DNA of 64,000 bases from Asterias rubens (taxonomy: Eukaryota): NCBI RefSeq assembly GCF_902459465.1, contig NC_047080.1, positions 10,788,001-10,852,000 on the forward strand. Direction: 5' to 3'. Positions within the stretch are counted from its first letter, which is position 1. Each line of letters begins with the position of its first letter. The notes beneath the pieces were generated by a model. That model had not been told where the DNA came from, did no database searches, and was given only the letters and a program-made list of their open reading frames with translations. Below are positions 35,742-64,000 of this stretch, in pieces. Position numbers and translations under genes: made by a program.

Positions 35742-35834
35742 ATGGTATAGAAATTAGACTGGACTACTACTTTAGCTTATAGCTTATACGATCCTATAAG
35801 CTAAAGTAGTAGTCCAGTCTAATTTCTATACCAT
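35742..35834. repeat. Perfect inverted repeat with 41-bp arms
   Basis: atggtatagaaattagactggactactactttagcttatag ... ctataagctaaagtagtagtccagtctaatttctataccat. Confidence 0.95.
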
Positions 35835-37489
35835 AACCACGCAATGCCTCAAATCCTATATAAAATTTCAAAGTTGCACCCTCCCGTTATTGACACCCTC
35901 CGTTGTCTCATAACCCTTAAAACCCTGGGAAAACTCATAGTTGAACCTCGAAAAACAGTTACACAAAAATTAATGATCTGCGATGTGACTTGAATTTTAC
36001 TTTAAAATTTATGTCTGCAATGATTGGAAGGTATACGGGCATTTTTTTTTTTTTTTTTACGGGACACAGATTTTTTTGAAATGACCGCAAAATGTTATCA
36101 AAGCAAACCTAAAACGCAGGCGGGGAAAGCCATCTTTTATTTAATGCTTTTAATGTTTAACAAATGTTTTAGTAAATACATAACAAGTTGACAGATAAAA
36201 GCATAAAAAAAGGGCTGGAAATGGTTTGTATAAATATAAGACGACCTAGAGACGTTTATTGTTGTGACAAATTTTTATTTGAAAACTCTTCCGCAAGAAG
36301 TTTGATCCTTGTTATTTGGTATTAGGCCTATAATCATAATCAAATTAAGACTAGAAAAACGAATTGTTTTACCTGTAAATCCAGTCCAGTTAAAAGTATT
36401 GTCCAATTTCCATGGTTTGTATTTCTCGTTGTAACAAGGCTCCGGGGTGTTTCAGCCCATGGTCGCCGTCAAACGTTACGAACCGCCCGCTCGTATACTG
36501 GCGTGAGAACCCCCAAACGAATCGAACACGGAGATTTATTGGAGGGCAACTCTAGTCAACGAACTCACGACGTGAAATACGTGAAATGATTCTAAGGGTA
36601 CTACAGTCACTGAAGTTGCTATGTTTCAACTGTCAAAGCACCCACACTTTTCAGCGCCAGAAGCCCTCAACTATACAAAGCTTTTGGCGACTTCTGCTGA
36701 AAAAATGTACATTGCCTAACTTTGAATAACAATCACACGGCCACAACAACTTAAAAGTATGTTTCTCGCATGTTTTGCTTGAACTTTTTTCGTGGACGTA
36801 TTAGAAAGTTGGGGTGCGATAGAGTACCTGCTTCAAATGACGGCTTGAACTCCCCCCCCCCCTTTTTCTCACTCCATGGGCCAATGATTCAGGTAAATTG
36901 GCCCCTCAATGCAAGTGTTGTTTCCTTCCCTTACAGTTTGAAACGAAAATAAAGTTCGTGTGAGCGGTCTCATCACACGGTCTATAAACTTTGGTAGGGT
37001 GAATTGGCAACTGGATAATAAAATATTGTTTCTCTTTTCATTTCCAAGCAAGCTGTACTATAACAGTTTCATTTCCCTCGGCAAGGTCGGTATTGTAGTC
37101 CAGAGAAGAAAATATGGATATACTAGAAAACACAAATAAAGACTAATTAGACCTTGTATGGCGTACAGACTCCATCAAAAAAATTTTGATTTATTGCTTG
37201 CCTCCGCTTCTTGTACAGTTTGACATAGAGACGTTAATGAGTCTTCCATTTCATTACCTTTTTAATTGATGTGGCTACAGTTCAAGTTGACAGGTACTTA
37301 CCACCACAGTCACTGACCTGTGTATAAATTTATAGTTTGTAAAATAAATCAAATCAAGTCAACATTAAGATGATTAGTGCCTATAATCCATTGGTTTCTT
37401 GACTTTTGAATGCTAGCAGATGATGTGAAATTAACATGGGCTGGAGATGGAGGATTCAAAAGAGGGCGCTCTATCAGAAAAAAGTTTGT

Positions 37490-37680
37490 ACCGTTGTCGC
37501 ATGCAATTATGTCCTCTATGCAATACTATCCGGAGGACATTATTGCATATGCAAGAATGTCTGCCAGACGGTTTTGCATATGCGGTCGTGTCCGCCCGGA
37601 CGCTGCTGCATAATGCAATTGTGTCCGCCCGGACACATTTGCATATGCAGTTGTGTCCGCCCCCGTGCAAAACCGTCCTT
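37490..37680. promoter_or_regulatory. Subrepeat block upstream of ASS1 with three GC boxes and three ttgcatatgc palindromes
   Basis: gtgtccgccc occurs three times and ttgcatatgc three times, inside a CpG-rich region preceding the ASS1 non-coding first exon (donor at 38215). Confidence 0.4.
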
Positions 37681-38398
37681 GGTCGATGAGCATAGTTCTA
37701 TAACGAGAAAAGTGTCAAGAAACAGGTCATGAGACAGTTTAGCATAAAACAGACACGTGAGGGCGCCCGTTACTTAAGTCGGCAGCAGCGCAAAAGCACC
37801 TCGTGTCAACTAGAGAGATTATAGACTCAGTTCAAGACAGTATTGTTGGTATGCGAGCCGCCTTCGCAGCTGCACACACACGCATTGTTTGCGATAGAGG
37901 CGCGTGCATAATAAAACACTAGACAAAGAACAGCCTTGAACAAAGACTAGACTCACTACACAAAAACACGAGCCCTCGTGTGTGTGCGCGCAAAGGACAG
38001 AAAGTGTCGTCATGCAGTTTTACAGGTTTTGAATCTTTCATCAGCAGCTCGATCGAGAGCGATATCTAGCTTGTTTTGAGGAGGCAGTCAAACAGTGCAG
38101 CACATAGAAGGAAGGTAGTACGGACGTGACACCGACGACACTCAAAACAACACACTCAGCTGCAAGAAGCTCAGCTCACGAATTTCAGGAATCAATTGTT
38201 TACTGAGTTAAGGAGTAAGTGATGCATATTTTGTCCCAAGTGGAAAGTGTATTATTGCTTGTTTGTTCCGCTATATAATTATTAATTATATGAGCAACAA
38301 CAGACTAAATAGCCTTAACATTCAAAGGTCAAAGCTCTGGATGCTCACATTGTTTGCAGTAATTTCAAAGTTATTATTAGCCTACTCATATTTATTTG

Positions 38399-38520
38399 GC
38401 TGTGTCCGAAACGACGACTTCGGCTACAGCTACGTCTAGATCAGCGCGTCTACCAGTGTTGAAGAATAGGCAGACGCGCGCGATCTAGCCATAGCCGAAG
38501 TCGCCGTTTCGGACACGGGC
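38399..38520. mobile_element. Short palindromic MITE (Harbinger-like) in ASS1 intron 1
   Basis: ggctgtgtccgaaacgacgacttcggcta ... tagccgaagtcgccgtttcggacacgggc inverted ends. Confidence 0.65.
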
Positions 38521-38617
38521 TTACCCAAACCTTGTAGGTGTTGTAGCAATGTGTCCGCCATATCTCAAAAAAGGCTTATGGTCGTCCTTTGTTTTTAAAT
38601 TTAGGTTCTAATCAGAA

Positions 38618-62129
<23,512 letters not shown>

Positions 62130-64000
62130 CTTCGCAACAAACCACCATTGATATTCAGCAAGGGCGCCCCCATGTGTTGAGAATGTTGATGGTTTTCGCC
62201 ATCTTAAGATACACCCAAAAGTCACCCGCTTGATGTGTAGGCTGCAAAGAGCTGACACCTTCACTCGTAGAGTTAGATTTAGCGACAGCATTTACTTTAT
62301 GTGTCTTTCTCTCTGGGTCCTCTAACAGGGGTGGAGCTAGAGAGGTCAAAGTGGGGGTCGTTGCGGTTGACTCAGTGTGCCAATGAAAAACTTTTGATTT
62401 ATTTTGGGGTTTTTTTTTCGGGAGGGGCACATACCCACTTCTCCTTGATCCACCACTGTCTGAGAAAATCTGCTTTTGTGTTTGTCTGTCTATACTGTCG
62501 ACAGGGCCCAATTTCATAGAGCAGCTTAGCGAAAAAAAAGCTGTTCAGCACAACAATATTATGCTTAGCAGAACAAGGTTACCAGCCAAACTACCAGGTC
62601 ACATGTACAAATTATGACAGGTATCCTGCTAAATTCTACTAAGCAGAAGAAGAGTTTTGTGCTGTAAGGAAATTTTGCACAAAGCTGCCTACTCTGATTC
62701 TGCAGAAAATTTCCTGAAAATAAATTGATCTTTATATGTTCCCTCTGATGAACAATTTTGACAATCTTCCTGATTAAGGTATCGTTTTACCAATTAGGTT
62801 GAATGTAATTCTATATATCTCACTGATTGTTGTGCAAAACCTCCCTGATTGCAAGATGCAAAGGGTTGGCAGCTGTGTGTTAATTGTGGTTCCAGATGAC
62901 GGGATAGTTTGTTGAACTTTAATTTTTGTTTTTGTGCTTTCAAGTAATAGATTGCAAGGTAGTTTCTAAGATTGTTGGTTTTGGATTCAGGGTTTTGGAA
63001 GTAAAACTTCACCGACAGTATAATAACTTTTGTCCTTATCTTCAAATTTCGTCTTCTGGAATTAATGGGAAGTCAATGGTGTATAAACCCTGTGAAACCA
63101 GCGGTTAATGTTTTTGTTTTTCAGTTGTGCAGGGTGCAGGGTGTGTTTACAGAAATTGAGTTCAGTATTATTGTTCTAGAGAATTATCAGATCGATTGTT
63201 ATGTAATTTCTATGTCCATACAGTAATGGGGGAAAATGATTTGATAATTAAATTGTTTTTTTAGGTTTGTTTAACCTAACTTGTATAAATAAACAATACA
63301 TGAATCACCGTCAGTGTGAATGGGATGTGAGGTCAAAGGTGTTTGGTAGCCACCCCTTAAAATAAACATAAAATGGTCCAATCCTAGCCAAACAGTCAGT
63401 CATATCGCTAACTCTTCCATTGAGCTGACTGCTAGGTAACCAGGAACTCGGTACATGATTTCTTTTAAAAACAAATTTCTGAAATATTAATTTGACTCTA
63501 CACTTAACCAGGGACTTGTTGGTCAAAAACAATATGGATTCCACACTGAAATTGTCTTGTTTTCTACAAACAGCTCAAAACCTTGCCAGCATCATGTCGC
63601 CTTGTTGAAGAAAAAACTATATAGTACATGATTTCTTTAAAGTTCTTTAAAAAAAACAAATTTCTTAAACATTAATTTGACTCTACACTTGAGCAAGAAT
63701 TAAGTTTTTAATTTAAACAGCATGGGATATTATTTGTGTTTACCCATACACCAAAGTGTATAGCACTGAAAACGCAGTACTTTCCCGGGTTCCTGTTTCC
63801 AAAATTCCACAGGCTCGTAACTCAGCTGGGGTTCGAACCCCGACCATTGCCATGCTAGAGCAGATGTATTTCCACTGGACCATCGAGATCTCGGATAGCT
63901 AACCACTTGCAATGACTTCCCTATACCCTAAGGGTGTCAAGACGATTTAGGGGGAGCACCCCTTATAGGTAAAACCTAGGGGGAGACACCCCTATTGTAA

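Noticed and set aside
62155-62517. Minus-strand 120-aa ORF as the shared upstream exon of the PGBD genes
   Set aside because: It overlaps the ASS1 3' UTR and a MITE end and ends in a stop, with no BTB or other domain and no convincing donor.
63920-64000. Two copies of tagggggag..cacccc.tat at the window end
   Set aside because: Truncated by the window edge; too little sequence to classify.

Overview
AT-rich, intron-containing animal genomic DNA. The repeat content (Deu-type SINE, TTAA-flanked MITEs) suggests a deuterostome invertebrate, probably an echinoderm; this is inference. I reconstructed six protein-coding genes by hand from GT-AG sites and reading-frame phase. (1) A RING/B-box/coiled-coil (TRIM-like) gene with one coding exon (-, 2475-3725). 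(2) A large, apparently secreted protein with a signal peptide and 38 EGF repeats but no visible transmembrane or intracellular part (-, 8211-31722); one linking exon is unresolved. (3) A secreted Thr/Pro mucin-repeat plus PAN/apple-like gene nested antisense in an intron of gene 2 (+, 22162-24881). (4) Argininosuccinate synthase ASS1 with 13 coding exons and 428 aa (+, 38618-62129). (5, 6) Two intact paralogous piggyBac-transposase-derived genes nested antisense in the 16-kb ASS1 intron. The piggyBac pair is the best candidate for an undescribed system. Both copies have lost two of the three catalytic Asp but keep the Cys-rich DNA-binding domain. Each starts with a homologous 29-nt coding micro-exon, preceded by a GGTCA direct repeat and a UG-rich tract. 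Intergenic and intronic DNA is dense in Kolobok-like, Harbinger-like and ISL2EU-like MITEs, tRNA-derived SINEs, nested insertions, fold-back hairpins and tandem duplications.
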